Part shown: in pieces, positions 17,775 to 27,715 of the stretch
How positions within the stretch are numbered: the first letter of the stretch is position 1
Layout: every line of letters starts with the position of its first letter
From: Candidatus Xenobia bacterium
GTDB taxonomy: Bacteria; Vulcanimicrobiota; Xenobia; Xenobiales; QWHO01
Length of the DNA stretch: 64,000 nucleotides
Direction: 5' to 3'
Assembly (NCBI GenBank): GCA_045863235.1
Contig: BTUM01000004.1
Span: 32,001-96,000 of the forward strand
Made by a program: the position numbers and the translations under genes
Notes under the pieces: model-generated
Databases searched by the model: none
What the model was told of the DNA's origin: nothing
What the model saw: the letters and a program-made list of their open reading frames with translations, nothing else

Positions 17775-20579
17775 CTACCGACGTGCCACGGGCTCGGCCT
17801 CGATACGGCGCGGCTGAGCCCAATTGGGACCGTGCAGCACCTCGACGGCCACCGGCACATCCAGTTGCCGCACGCTCTCCATGATGCGGGCCACTTCGCG
17901 AGCCAGCGACTCCTTCTGCTTCGGCTCGATCTCGAAGATCAGCTCGTCGCGCAGTTGCATCGCCAACATTCCGGGCAGGCTACCCTCACGCTGACGATGG
18001 ACGATCTGCACCATGGCCGTCTTGAGCAGGTCGGCGGCCGAGGCCTGCACGGCTGCGCCTCGAGCAGTGCGCTCAGCTGTGTCTCGAATGTCGGAGTTGC
18101 GGCTGGTCAGTTCGGGCATCGGACGGCGTCGACTCTGCAAGCTGGTTACCCAGCCCCGAGTGCGAGCCTCCTCCAACTGCTGGTCCAGGAACCGCTTGAG
18201 CTGAGGATACTTCTCGGCGAAGCGTCCCTGAAACTGCTCCAGACGACTGGAGGCGTCCGCGGCGGTAATGCCCTGGCGCCGGGCCAGGCGGTGCACGCCG
18301 GCCAGGCTCAGGGCCACTTCGCGGGCGTCCTTCAGCACGTCCTCGTCCACCTCTGCGGGAGCCACTTCCAGGAGCTCGGAAGCCAGCTTGCGCGCGGCAT
18401 CCTCGGAACGGGTGAAGCTCTTGAGCAGACCGCTCTCCTTGGAAAGGTGGGCAGCCAGGCGCAGGTCAAGTTGGGCGTAGCGCACGCCCAGCAGAATGCG
18501 CTTGCGGTCACGCGGGATCAGCGCGCCCTTGAAGTGGGTGCGCAGCTCGTCTCGAATGCTCAGGTTGGGCAACTCTTCCACTTCAGCCAGAAGCCGGTTG
18601 AAGGTGGCGACCGCTCCCCCTACCAGGCTCGGGCCCATCCACTGGATACGCTCGGAGGAGGTGACCAGGTGGTCAGCCGAGCGCAACAGCCAGCCGTGGC
18701 GCGGGTGCACCAGCCGGGGCAGGGCTTCGAGATAATAGGCGCGCAGCTCCTTGAGCGCCCGCCAATCGCGAACCAGGTTGCCAATCTCGTGCTGCTCGGA
18801 CACCTGAACCAGCAGCTCAGGGCCGACGGTGGCGCCGTTCTTGGGCCGGTTCAGGACCTGCAGGCCCATCCGATCGAAGAGCACCTCGGTGAGGTCCTTG
18901 GGTGACTCGAGGTCGAACTTCTCGCCTGCGTAGGCGAAGATCTGGCTCTCCAGATCGCGGGTCAAGCGATCGATGTGATCGGAGAAGTCGTCCAGACGGC
19001 CCGCGTCCAGCCCGACTCCGTTCTTCTCCATCGAAGCGGCCACCCAGACCATCGGCATCTCGATCTCTTCGAACGACTCGAGCAGATCGCTCTCGGCCAG
19101 CCGGTCCTCGAGAATTCGGGCCAAGCGGCCCAGACCAAGCACACGGAGACCGGCCCAGGGGGTCAGCTCGTCGGCTGGCACCTCGGACAGGCGGCGGGCG
19201 CCAGGGCCCCGGCCGAGCAACTCGGACTCGCTGGGGATGTCCACCCCGTAGCGGCGTCCAATCTCGTCGAGCCAGAAGTTGCCTTCCACCGAATCGAGCT
19301 GGTGGGCGGCCACGGCTACGTCGAAGAAGCTGGACTGAGGCCAGTCGCCCTCCACTCCGTCGAGCAGCAGGGCCCCACGCAGGTTGTGGACGTACTTGCG
19401 ACGATCCTCGCGCTCCAAGGCGGGACGCAGGAGCTCGATAGCCGCAGCGGGCTTCATATCCGTCTTGCGGGTGCCCAGCGGGACCACCAGAGCTTGCTGC
19501 TCGTTGGCGGACACAGCCAACCCGACCAGGTCGCTGCCGCTTCCCAGCCACAGGATGGACAGCGGTCCGTCGCCTTGAGCGATGCGACCGAGCGACTCCT
19601 TGGCCTCTGCGCCCTTGGCAAAGCGGATCTCGACCGGTAGAACTTCAGCGTGGGAGCCATTCCCGTTGCCATTGCCGTTGCTATTGCCGTTGCCATTGGC
19701 CGCACCCGACTCGAGCGATTCGAGCAGCTCCTCCACCTCCAGGCGACGGAAGACGTCCTTGACGCGAGCCGGGAAGTGCAGCTTGTAGCTGAACTTCTCC
19801 CAGCAGACATCCAGCTCGAGATCGGTGCGGATGGTTGCCCGAGTCTTGAAATCGAGCGCCAGATCACGGTTCTCCGAGAGCGGGTTGCGCCACTTGGCAG
19901 GCAGCAGCTGGAGCGAGTTGAGCAGATCCTCCAGGCTGCCGTGCTGAGAGAGAAGCTTCTTGGCGGTCACCTCGCCGATACCAGGAACGCCGGTGATGTT
20001 GTCCGAGGAGTCGCCGGCCAGAGCACGCAGGTCGGCCAACTGGGCCGGGCTCAGGTTGAAGCGCTTGCGCACGAGATCATCATCGTAGACCAGCATGTCC
20101 GAGATACCGCGCCGGGTCGTGAGCACGCGCACGTTGGGGCGAACCAGTTGCAACAGGTCGAGATCACCCGAGATGATCATCACCTGCATCCCCTCTTCCG
20201 CGGCCATGCGCGAGAGGGTCCCGATGCAGTCGTCGGCCTCGTGGCCGCGGACCCGGTAGACCTGCACCCCGAAGGCGCGGATCAGATCTTCGATGAGAGG
20301 GAGCTGATGTGCCAGCTCTTCAGGCATCTCCATCCGCTGCGCATTGTAGTCTTGATAGCTGCGCACCCGCTCGGTGGGCACGCCTTTGTCGAAAGCCACC
20401 GCGACGTGCGTGGGCTTTTGCATCTGCACCAGCTTGATGAACATGTCGGCGAAACCGACCACGGCGTTCGTGGGGGTGCCAGAAGTGGTCTTGGTCGGAG
20501 GAACCGCGTAGAAAGCGCGATAGGCCAGACCGTTGCCATCAATGAGAAGCAGTTTCCTGCTGTCGGACTCCATATGCAT
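17775..20579 (-). CDS. polA: DNA polymerase I homologue with degenerate polymerase active site
   Basis: 5' nuclease domain (LLIDG, EADD, SGDLD, GDSSDN..GVPGIG), vestigial 3'-5' exonuclease region and family A polymerase fold; motif A reads GVRYAQLDLR, motif C reads QLRDEL. Confidence 0.9.
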   Translation of the reverse strand: MHMESDSRKLLLIDGNGLAYRAFYAVPPTKTTSGTPTNAVVGFADMFIKLVQMQKPTHVAVAFDKGVPTERVRSYQDYNAQRMEMPEELAHQLPLIEDLIRAFGVQVYRVRGHEADDCIGTLSRMAAEEGMQVMIISGDLDLLQLVRPNVRVLTTRRGISDMLVYDDDLVRKRFNLSPAQLADLRALAGDSSDNITGVPGIGEVTAKKLLSQHGSLEDLLNSLQLLPAKWRNPLSENRDLALDFKTRATIRTDLELDVCWEKFSYKLHFPARVKDVFRRLEVEELLESLESGAANGNGNSNGNGNGNGSHAEVLPVEIRFAKGAEAKESLGRIAQGDGPLSILWLGSGSDLVGLAVSANEQQALVVPLGTRKTDMKPAAAIELLRPALEREDRRKYVHNLRGALLLDGVEGDWPQSSFFDVAVAAHQLDSVEGNFWLDEIGRRYGVDIPSESELLGRGPGARRLSEVPADELTPWAGLRVLGLGRLARILEDRLAESDLLESFEEIEMPMVWVAASMEKNGVGLDAGRLDDFSDHIDRLTRDLESQIFAYAGEKFDLESPKDLTEVLFDRMGLQVLNRPKNGATVGPELLVQVSEQHEIGNLVRDWRALKELRAYYLEALPRLVHPRHGWLLRSADHLVTSSERIQWMGPSLVGGAVATFNRLLAEVEELPNLSIRDELRTHFKGALIPRDRKRILLGVRYAQLDLRLAAHLSKESGLLKSFTRSEDAARKLASELLEVAPAEVDEDVLKDAREVALSLAGVHRLARRQGITAADASSRLEQFQGRFAEKYPQLKRFLDQQLEEARTRGWVTSLQSRRRPMPELTSRNSDIRDTAERTARGAAVQASAADLLKTAMVQIVHRQREGSLPGMLAMQLRDELIFEIEPKQKESLAREVARIMESVRQLDVPVAVEVLHGPNWAQPRRIEAEPVARR

Positions 20580-20889
20580 TTGATTCTCCCATAGCTCACC
20601 CGCGTGTTCTGACGCTTCTCGATTACAGAGCGTCAGACTCCGGCGGGACGGCAAAGGCCCGCGGTGAGACCCCCCACACACGGGCCAGGGCGCAATCTCA
20701 ATAAATTGCGTGCCGGGCGATATTTGCGATTGTAGATTCTGACCTGGACCCGGACAAGGGGCCCCCGTCAGGGGCGCCTATGTTCTGCGACCGAGGGGGT
20801 AATCCCTTCCCCCCGGGAGAAACTCGCCTGCACCAGCGGGGGCTTGGCGTTCAGGCCTCAACCGCCCAAAAAGGTGTTCGTAGCGCCCC

Positions 20890-22947
20890 TCAGGAAGCCG
20901 GGGCGACCATGGTTTCTTGGTTCTCCAGGACCAGGGCGTCGGCCACGATCTCGGCGATGTCGCGGGTATCGATCTCGCCCGCCAGATCCTTGCGTCCCAG
21001 GGCATCGCTCATCATCGTCAGACAGAACGGGCAAGCCGAGGCGATCATCTTGGGCTTCTTGGGCAGATCGAGGGCGTCTTGCAGGCGCAGGTCGTTGACC
21101 TTCACCCCGTGCTCCTCCATCCACATCCGCCCGCCGCCGGCGCCACAGCAACGACCTCTCTCGCGGGACAACTCCATCTCCTCCAGGCGCACGCCCGTGG
21201 CCGCCAGAACCTCCCGGGGCTGCTCATAGATGTCGTTGTAGCGCCCGAGATAGCAAGAGTCGTGATAGGTGGCCTCGGTAGGCTCGCCAAAGCGCACTTT
21301 GATTCTGCCTTCCTTCATCAGGTCCTGGATCAGCTGGGAGTGATGCTGCACGACGTAGTCCCCGCCAAACTGGGGATACTCGTTCTTGATGGTGTTGAAG
21401 CAGTGGGGGCAGGCCGCCACCACACGCTTGACGTTGTAGCGGTTCATGGTCTCGACGTTCTGCTGGGCCAGCACCTGGTACAGAAACTCGTTGCCGATGC
21501 GGCGGGCGGGATCGCCGCTGCAGCCCTCCTCCTTGCCCAGAATGGCGAATTTCAAGCCAGCCGCCCGCATGATCTTGACCAGGGCCATGCTGACCTTCTT
21601 GTTACGCTCATCGAACGATCCAGCGCATCCCACCCAGTAGAGCACGTCAATCTCTCCGGGCTCGTCGGCCATCTCCTTGACCTCGAGGTCCTTGGCCCAG
21701 TCGGCCCGCTGCGAAAAGCCGATCCCCCAGGGATTGGAGTTGTTCTCCATGTTCTTGAAAGCTCGCTGCACCTCTTGCGGGAAGCGGCCTTCCACCTGGA
21801 CCAGGTAGCGACGCATGTCGACGATCTCTTGCACGTACTCGATGAAGACCGGACAGGCCTGCTCACAAGCGCGGCAGGTGGTGCAGGCGAAGAGAGCCTC
21901 TTCCGACACGGCCGGTATCGAATTCTGCAGCACCCTCAGCTCCTGGGTGGGCTCCTTGCCAGCCCGCTTGTCGATGACTCCCTGCCCGTGCTCGACCAGC
22001 TCCTCGCGCAGCTGCTCGGAGATCTTCTTGGGGTGGAGAGGTTTTTCGCTGGCAAAGGCCGGGCAGACCGAGGTGCAGCGCCCGCACTCGGTGCACGAGA
22101 GCCAGTCGTGGTAATTCTTCCAGGTCATCTGGTCGAGAGTGGAGGTTCCGTATTCCTCGTTCTCCAGGTCGAGCTTGGTCAGCTCGCCGTAAGGGCGTTT
22201 CTTGTTGAAGTAGACGTTGGGGATGCCGGTGATGATGTGGAGGTGTTTGGAGTAAGGGAGGTAGGCTCCGAAGCCGAGCACCAGAGCCAGATTGATCCAC
22301 CAGGACACCTCGCGAATCGTGCTCAGGGTGGCCGGGTCTCCTCCCGCCACGCCGGCAAAGCTGGCGTAGAGATTGGAGGTAATGGGGTGGGTGCGCATCA
22401 TCAGGGTGTATTCCTCGGGCGTGAGGGAGGACATCAAGTGCACGCCCACGTCGGCCGCTCCCCAGACCAGCTCCACTACCATCAAACTCCAGATCAGCGC
22501 GAGGATGAGCAGAGCGTCGCCGGAAGGCTCGGGGAACTTGGGCCGAATCACCACCCGGCGCCAGACCGCCATGAAGACGCCGACCATGACCAGCACGATG
22601 AAGCACTCTTTGATGATGGAGTAGAAGGCGCCCAGGGGCTCGTTCACGGCCAGCAGCGGCAGATTGAACTCAGGACCGAAGAAACCTCGCAGGATCAAGG
22701 TCGAATTGGCGATGACCAGAACGCAGAAACCCCAGAAGATCAGGGCGTGGAGGATACCTCCGTAGGCCCTCTTGAGCAGGCGCTTCTGGCCGAAAGCGAA
22801 CACGAGCACATCGGCGATCCGCTCACCGGGTTTGTCAAAGCGGTTGTCAGGCTTGCCCGCCTTGATGAAGCGATACAGCTTCAGCGCCTGACGAAGAAAC
22901 AGAGTAGCGGCAACCGCCACCATCAGGGTCGATACTAAGATTCGCAT
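20890..22947 (-). CDS. FadF-like membrane Fe-S oxidoreductase (heterodisulfide reductase-related, CCG domains)
   Basis: N-terminal TM domain, CTECGRCTSVCP and CTTCRACEQACP, ACPHC, YHDSCYLGR, CCGAGGG, ACPFC. Confidence 0.92.
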   Translation of the reverse strand: MRILVSTLMVAVAATLFLRQALKLYRFIKAGKPDNRFDKPGERIADVLVFAFGQKRLLKRAYGGILHALIFWGFCVLVIANSTLILRGFFGPEFNLPLLAVNEPLGAFYSIIKECFIVLVMVGVFMAVWRRVVIRPKFPEPSGDALLILALIWSLMVVELVWGAADVGVHLMSSLTPEEYTLMMRTHPITSNLYASFAGVAGGDPATLSTIREVSWWINLALVLGFGAYLPYSKHLHIITGIPNVYFNKKRPYGELTKLDLENEEYGTSTLDQMTWKNYHDWLSCTECGRCTSVCPAFASEKPLHPKKISEQLREELVEHGQGVIDKRAGKEPTQELRVLQNSIPAVSEEALFACTTCRACEQACPVFIEYVQEIVDMRRYLVQVEGRFPQEVQRAFKNMENNSNPWGIGFSQRADWAKDLEVKEMADEPGEIDVLYWVGCAGSFDERNKKVSMALVKIMRAAGLKFAILGKEEGCSGDPARRIGNEFLYQVLAQQNVETMNRYNVKRVVAACPHCFNTIKNEYPQFGGDYVVQHHSQLIQDLMKEGRIKVRFGEPTEATYHDSCYLGRYNDIYEQPREVLAATGVRLEEMELSRERGRCCGAGGGRMWMEEHGVKVNDLRLQDALDLPKKPKMIASACPFCLTMMSDALGRKDLAGEIDTRDIAEIVADALVLENQETMVAPAS

Positions 22948-23117
22948 GCTCGAGATACTCCGCCGGATGGCCCGAGAGATCGGTCAAAGTGAAGTGTTGA
23001 AGGTTTTGCAGGAATCTGCCATGGAGGCGCCCCCCGAAGGAGAGGCAAAACCCGTAACGCTCAACACATTATCGCGGGTTTGCTGTCGGGGCGCGTGAGT
23101 CCTTTTCCAACTTGGAC

Positions 23118-23147
23118 TTGTCATCGGGCGGGTGCGGTCCCTATACT
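23118..23147 (+). promoter_or_regulatory. Putative sigma70 promoter
   Basis: TTGTCA, 18-bp spacer, TATACT, 8 nt before the TTG at 23156. Confidence 0.6.
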
Positions 23148-23155
23148 GAGGCGAT

Positions 23156-24061
23156 TTGTTGCCCGGAAAGCCCGTCTGGCGCAGCCCCAATGGCTCGCTC
23201 TACCTCGCCTCGCTCTTCTTCGCTTTGATGGGGGTCTGCATCAAGCTGCTGACAGGTTCTGACGCCTCCACACACGGGTTGGGCTGGCGCCTGGCTGGAA
23301 GCCACGACATGGATGCGGTTCCCATCGCCTTCTACCGCTCCCTGTTTCCGGCCCTGGCGCTGCTGCCCTGGCTCTGGCACGATCTCTTCAAGAGCGAGAC
23401 CCGACGCCATCTCCCCGTGCTCATCCTGCGAGGGCTGGCGGGCGGGGGAGCCATGGTGGCCTACTTTGTGGCGATCGACCGCACCGAGCTCTCGACCGCG
23501 GTGCTGCTCAACTACACCTCCCCGGTCTGGGCCGCCCTGCTGGCCGGCTACTTCCTCAAGGAGAGCGTGCCGCGCAACATCTACCTGGCCTTTCCGGTGG
23601 CCTTTAGCGGGGTTTACTTCCTGACCGGAGGGGCCGGGGACGCGCCCGAGCCAGGCCGCATGGTGGGTTACCTGGCGGGCCTGGGCTCGGCTGTGCTGGC
23701 CGGTATCGCCTATACCTCGGTCCGCCAGCTCAGCTCCCACGTCTCGGCCCTCATGGTCGTCTTCTGGTTCTCGCTCGTGAGCTGCGTGATGTTGCTGCCC
23801 TGGCTACCTGCCCACCCTCTTCCCTCCCCCGGCGAATGGGTGCTGTTGCTGCTGGCCGGGATCTTCGCGGGTGTAGCTCAGTGGACCATGACCATCGGCT
23901 ATCAGCTCAACAAGGCCGCCCGGGCCAGCACCATGAACATCGCCACGGTGGCCATCACGTCTTTGCTGGCCATCACCCTGCTCGGTGAGCGTTTCACCCC
24001 TCGCGACGGGGTGGGGATGCTTTTGATCCTGCTCGGCCTGGTGATCGCCTCGCGGCGCTAA
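23156..24061 (+). CDS. DMT/EamA-family transporter
   Basis: About ten TM helices in two repeats; LNYTSPVWAALLAGYFLKE and LLGERF motifs. Confidence 0.9.
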   Translation: MLPGKPVWRSPNGSLYLASLFFALMGVCIKLLTGSDASTHGLGWRLAGSHDMDAVPIAFYRSLFPALALLPWLWHDLFKSETRRHLPVLILRGLAGGGAMVAYFVAIDRTELSTAVLLNYTSPVWAALLAGYFLKESVPRNIYLAFPVAFSGVYFLTGGAGDAPEPGRMVGYLAGLGSAVLAGIAYTSVRQLSSHVSALMVVFWFSLVSCVMLLPWLPAHPLPSPGEWVLLLLAGIFAGVAQWTMTIGYQLNKAARASTMNIATVAITSLLAITLLGERFTPRDGVGMLLILLGLVIASRR

Positions 24062-24324
24062 CCCACTCGGGACGCTCTTGGGTCAAGGGACCGACCTGCC
24101 TGGCGGCCTCGAAGGGGTGCCCAAAGCAGACGTAGACGACCACCACACCCATTGCCAGAAAACGGAGCCCTGAGGGAAGAAGCCCCGGTTTGCAGAGCTC
24201 GAGCGAGCCCCCTAAAACGGAAGCATAGCATAACGCCCGCCAGATCGTGCTCATCTTGTGAGCAGGATAGCTGACGGGCAGTCAAGCCAGCGGCAAGGCC
24301 CCTGCAGCAGGGGTCAAGGAGCCG

Positions 24325-25581
24325 TCAAGCCGCAGCCGAAGCAGCCTCCGACTGAGGAGCCGCCTGCTTGGCAGCCTCGGGCTGAGGAGCAGCTGACTGC
24401 TTGGCAGCCGCCTCTTCGGCCTGCTTCTTCATCTCCAGGGCTTTGCGCACGGCCGCGCCCGGATCGACCAGGCCCTTGCCCTGCAGGATCGGCATCATGT
24501 CGGGGCGCGGCTCGGCCGTGTCCTTGAGCACCTGGATGACCTCGCGGGCGCTCAGGTTGGGGTTGGCTTGCACCACCAGGGCGGCCACGCCGGCAGTCAC
24601 CGGGGTAGCCATCGAGGTGCCCGAAAGCAGCACGTAGTAGTCGCCCAGCTTGGCCACGTTGGCGTGGTCGATCTCCGAGCCCGGCGAGCGGTGGGAAACC
24701 ATGTTCACGCCCGGGGCGGCGATGTCGGGCTTGATGTTCTTGTCGCGAGTGGTCGGGCCGCGGCTCGAGAAGAAGGCCATGGTGTCGTCGTCATGCGTGG
24801 CCGTGTTCTTGTCGTCGTAGGCGCCCACCGTGAGCACCTCGGCGCCGACGGCCGGGGTGCCGATGGTCTCGCGGGCCGGCCCGGAGTTGCCAGCGGCCAC
24901 CACGGGCACGATGCCGGCGTCCAGGGCGGCCTTCACGGCCAGCACCACCACGTCGTCTTTCTCCTTGAGGTTGGAGCCAGCGCCCAGGCTCAAGCTGATG
25001 ACCTTGATGTTGTAGCGGTCCTTGTTCTCGATGGCCCACTGCACGCCCTTAATGACGTTGGCCAGCGAGCCCCCACCCTGTCCATCGAGCACCTTGACGC
25101 CGATGATGTTGGCCTCGAAAGCCGGGCCCTTGAACTTGCCGTTGGCCTTGGTGCCGTCGCCAGCTACCAGGCCGGCGCAGTGGCTGCCGTGCCCATTGTC
25201 GTCATAGGCATTCTCGACGCCGTCCCGTCCATTGCAGTAGTCTTTGAAGGCCACCAGGCGGTCGCCCAGGTCGGGGTGGGGATACACGCCCGTGTCCACC
25301 ACGGCCACCCCGATCCCCTTGCCGGTGAAGCCCAGGTCCCAGGCGTCCTGCACCGTGAGCACTTCCTTGACCGCGTCGATGCGGTCAACCGGGCGCGGCA
25401 GCTTGCTCGCGAGCGGCGTCAACTCCATCGGGGTGACGTAGCTGACGGTGCTCTGGGTGACGATCTCCGGGGCCGAGCGCGTGAACGACTCCTGCGGCTG
25501 CTCTTCGGCGCGAGCCGAGTCGGCGCGCTTGGGAGCCGTGAATGCGACTCGAGAGATGTCGTTGATCGATGTGCAAGTCAT
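24325..25581 (-). CDS. S8 subtilase, AprX-like, no signal peptide
   Basis: Catalytic triad VDTG, HGSH, GTSMA; AAGN oxyanion motif; CAGGAGG RBS before ATG 25581. Confidence 0.92.
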   Translation of the reverse strand: MTCTSINDISRVAFTAPKRADSARAEEQPQESFTRSAPEIVTQSTVSYVTPMELTPLASKLPRPVDRIDAVKEVLTVQDAWDLGFTGKGIGVAVVDTGVYPHPDLGDRLVAFKDYCNGRDGVENAYDDNGHGSHCAGLVAGDGTKANGKFKGPAFEANIIGVKVLDGQGGGSLANVIKGVQWAIENKDRYNIKVISLSLGAGSNLKEKDDVVVLAVKAALDAGIVPVVAAGNSGPARETIGTPAVGAEVLTVGAYDDKNTATHDDDTMAFFSSRGPTTRDKNIKPDIAAPGVNMVSHRSPGSEIDHANVAKLGDYYVLLSGTSMATPVTAGVAALVVQANPNLSAREVIQVLKDTAEPRPDMMPILQGKGLVDPGAAVRKALEMKKQAEEAAAKQSAAPQPEAAKQAAPQSEAASAAA

Positions 25582-25652
25582 AGCCGGATAAACCTCCTGA
25601 GGGTGGGTGGACCTCTGCGCAGAGAATCTAGCACGGGAGGGTGGTCTGGTTG

Positions 25653-25717
25653 GGTAACAGGTTGTTACCAAAATGCCAGAGAGTTCGCTTGACGCCCGGG
25701 AGGCCCCCATGCATAAT
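25653..25717 (+). promoter_or_regulatory. Inverted-repeat operator candidate and glgB promoter
   Basis: GGTAACA-ggt-TGTTACC (25653-25669); TTGACG-17 bp-CATAAT (25689-25717). Confidence 0.6.
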
Positions 25718-25752
25718 GCAGGCAACTCTGATAGTGTAAGGGGGACAAGGTA

Positions 25753-27705
25753 ATGACCTTGCTCTTGGAGAAGCCCATCGTGATGGGTGAGTTGGACAAG
25801 CACCTGTGGTGCCAGGGAAATCACTTCCGCGCCTACAACAACCTGGGCGCCCACTTCATTGCCCCCTCCACCGTGCGCTTCGCCGTCTGGGCCCCCAACG
25901 CCCACTACGTTTCCGTGGTAGGCGACTTCAATGGCTGGAACCCGGGAGCCCACCCCCTCTCTTTGGACCGGGACACCGGGATCTGGAGCGGACTGGCCGA
26001 GGGACTGAGCCAGGGGCAGGCCTACAAATACTGGGTGCAGGCCACCAACCGCCGCCACTCCGAGCGTTGCGACCCCTTCGGATTCTGGGCCGAGAACCGG
26101 CCCAGCACCGCCTCACGCCTGTGGGACCTCAAGGGCTACTCGTGGAGCGACCAGGAGTGGATGACAAATCGGGCGGCCACGCCCATCCTGGAGCAGCCCC
26201 TGAACCTGTATGAGGTCCACCTGGGCTCATGGATGAAGGACATCTTCGCCAACCGCTGGCTGACCTACCGCGAGATCGCCCCGAAACTGGCCGAGTATTG
26301 CCGCTCGATGGGCTACACCCACGTCGAGCTCCTGCCCATCACCGAGCACCCTTATGACGGCTCCTGGGGCTACCAGTGCACCGGATACTTCGCCCCCACC
26401 GCGCGCTTTGGCAATCCGGACGACTTCCGCTTCCTGGTGGACACGCTCCACCAGGCCGGCATCGGCGTAGTGCTCGACTGGGTGCCGGCTCACTTCCCCC
26501 GCGACGGCCACGCCCTGGCTTACTTCGACGGCACCCACCTCTACGAGCACTCCGACCCCCGCCAGGGCGCCCATCCCGACTGGGGCACGCTGATCTTCAA
26601 CTACGGACGCCACGAGGTGCGCAACTTCCTGATCTCAAGCGCCCTGTTCTGGCTCGACCAGTACCATATCGACGGGCTGCGCGTGGACGCGGTGGCCTCC
26701 ATGCTCTACCTCGACTACGGACGCGCCCACGGCGAGTGGGTCCCCAACCAGTGGGGCGGCCGCGAGAACCTGGAGGCGGTGGAGTTCCTCAAGCGCTTCA
26801 ACCAGGCCGTGGCCGAGCACCAGCCCGGCACCTTCACCCTGGCCGAGGAGTCCACGTCCTGGCCGGCGGTGACCCACCCGGTCGATCAGGGCGGACTCGG
26901 CTTCACCTTCAAGTGGAACATGGGCTGGATGCACGACAACCTGGAGTACATCCAGAAAGACCCCATCCACCGCAAGTACCACCACCGCAACCTGACCTTC
27001 GGCATGATGTATCACTACTCGGAGAAGTTCATTCTGCCGTTCTCGCACGACGAGGTCGTGCACTTGAAGAAGGCCATGCTGGCCAAGATGCCCGGCGACC
27101 TCTGGCAGCAGTTCGCCAACCTGCGCTTGCTCTACGGCTACAAGGCCGGCTTCCCGGGCAAGAAACTCGACTTCATGGGCGGCGAGTTCGGGCAGTGGAA
27201 CGAGTGGAACCACGAGCGCGAGCTCGACTGGCACCTCCTGCGCTTCGACGAGCATCGCCAGCTGCGCGACTGGTCGGCGGCCCTCAACCGGCTGGTGCGC
27301 GACGAGCCCGCGCTCCACCAGGCCGACTACCATTGCGAAGGATTCGAGTGGGTCTCCTGCGACGAGTGGGAGCAGAGCATCGTCTCCTTCCTGCGCTATC
27401 CCAAAGACCAGCAAGAGGCACTGCTGTTCGTGGCCAACTTTACGCCGGTGGCCTACACGGCCCACCCCGTGGGCCTGCCCTGGGGCGGCGAGTGGATCCC
27501 CGTGCTCAGCTCGGACTGGGAAGAGTTCGGAGGCAGCGGCCTGGGTCATCGCCAGCCGGTGACCGTGGAGCAGACCCCCTGGAACGGGCGCCACTGGTCG
27601 ACCCGGCTGGTGGTTCCGCCCCTGGGAGTGGTCATTCTGCGCTCCCAGCGTCCGTTGCTGGAGGTTAACAAAAAGGTCGAGGACCCCCAGCCCGTTCAAG
27701 CTTAA
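25753..27705 (+). CDS. glgB: 1,4-alpha-glucan branching enzyme
   Basis: [61 protein letters not shown]. Confidence 0.97.
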   Translation: MTLLLEKPIVMGELDKHLWCQGNHFRAYNNLGAHFIAPSTVRFAVWAPNAHYVSVVGDFNGWNPGAHPLSLDRDTGIWSGLAEGLSQGQAYKYWVQATNRRHSERCDPFGFWAENRPSTASRLWDLKGYSWSDQEWMTNRAATPILEQPLNLYEVHLGSWMKDIFANRWLTYREIAPKLAEYCRSMGYTHVELLPITEHPYDGSWGYQCTGYFAPTARFGNPDDFRFLVDTLHQAGIGVVLDWVPAHFPRDGHALAYFDGTHLYEHSDPRQGAHPDWGTLIFNYGRHEVRNFLISSALFWLDQYHIDGLRVDAVASMLYLDYGRAHGEWVPNQWGGRENLEAVEFLKRFNQAVAEHQPGTFTLAEESTSWPAVTHPVDQGGLGFTFKWNMGWMHDNLEYIQKDPIHRKYHHRNLTFGMMYHYSEKFILPFSHDEVVHLKKAMLAKMPGDLWQQFANLRLLYGYKAGFPGKKLDFMGGEFGQWNEWNHERELDWHLLRFDEHRQLRDWSAALNRLVRDEPALHQADYHCEGFEWVSCDEWEQSIVSFLRYPKDQQEALLFVANFTPVAYTAHPVGLPWGGEWIPVLSSDWEEFGGSGLGHRQPVTVEQTPWNGRHWSTRLVVPPLGVVILRSQRPLLEVNKKVEDPQPVQA

Positions 27706-27715
27706 ACTCCGGCCT

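Noticed and set aside
17775..20579. polA as an ordinary decayed pseudogene
   Set aside because: No stops or frameshifts over 2.8 kb and the structural motifs are retained, which fits a maintained pseudoenzyme better than neutral decay.
20760..20890. tRNA-Sec, 6S, SRP or 5S RNA
   Set aside because: No cloverleaf, UCA anticodon arm, SRP core or 5S signature could be identified; kept only as an unassigned structured region.
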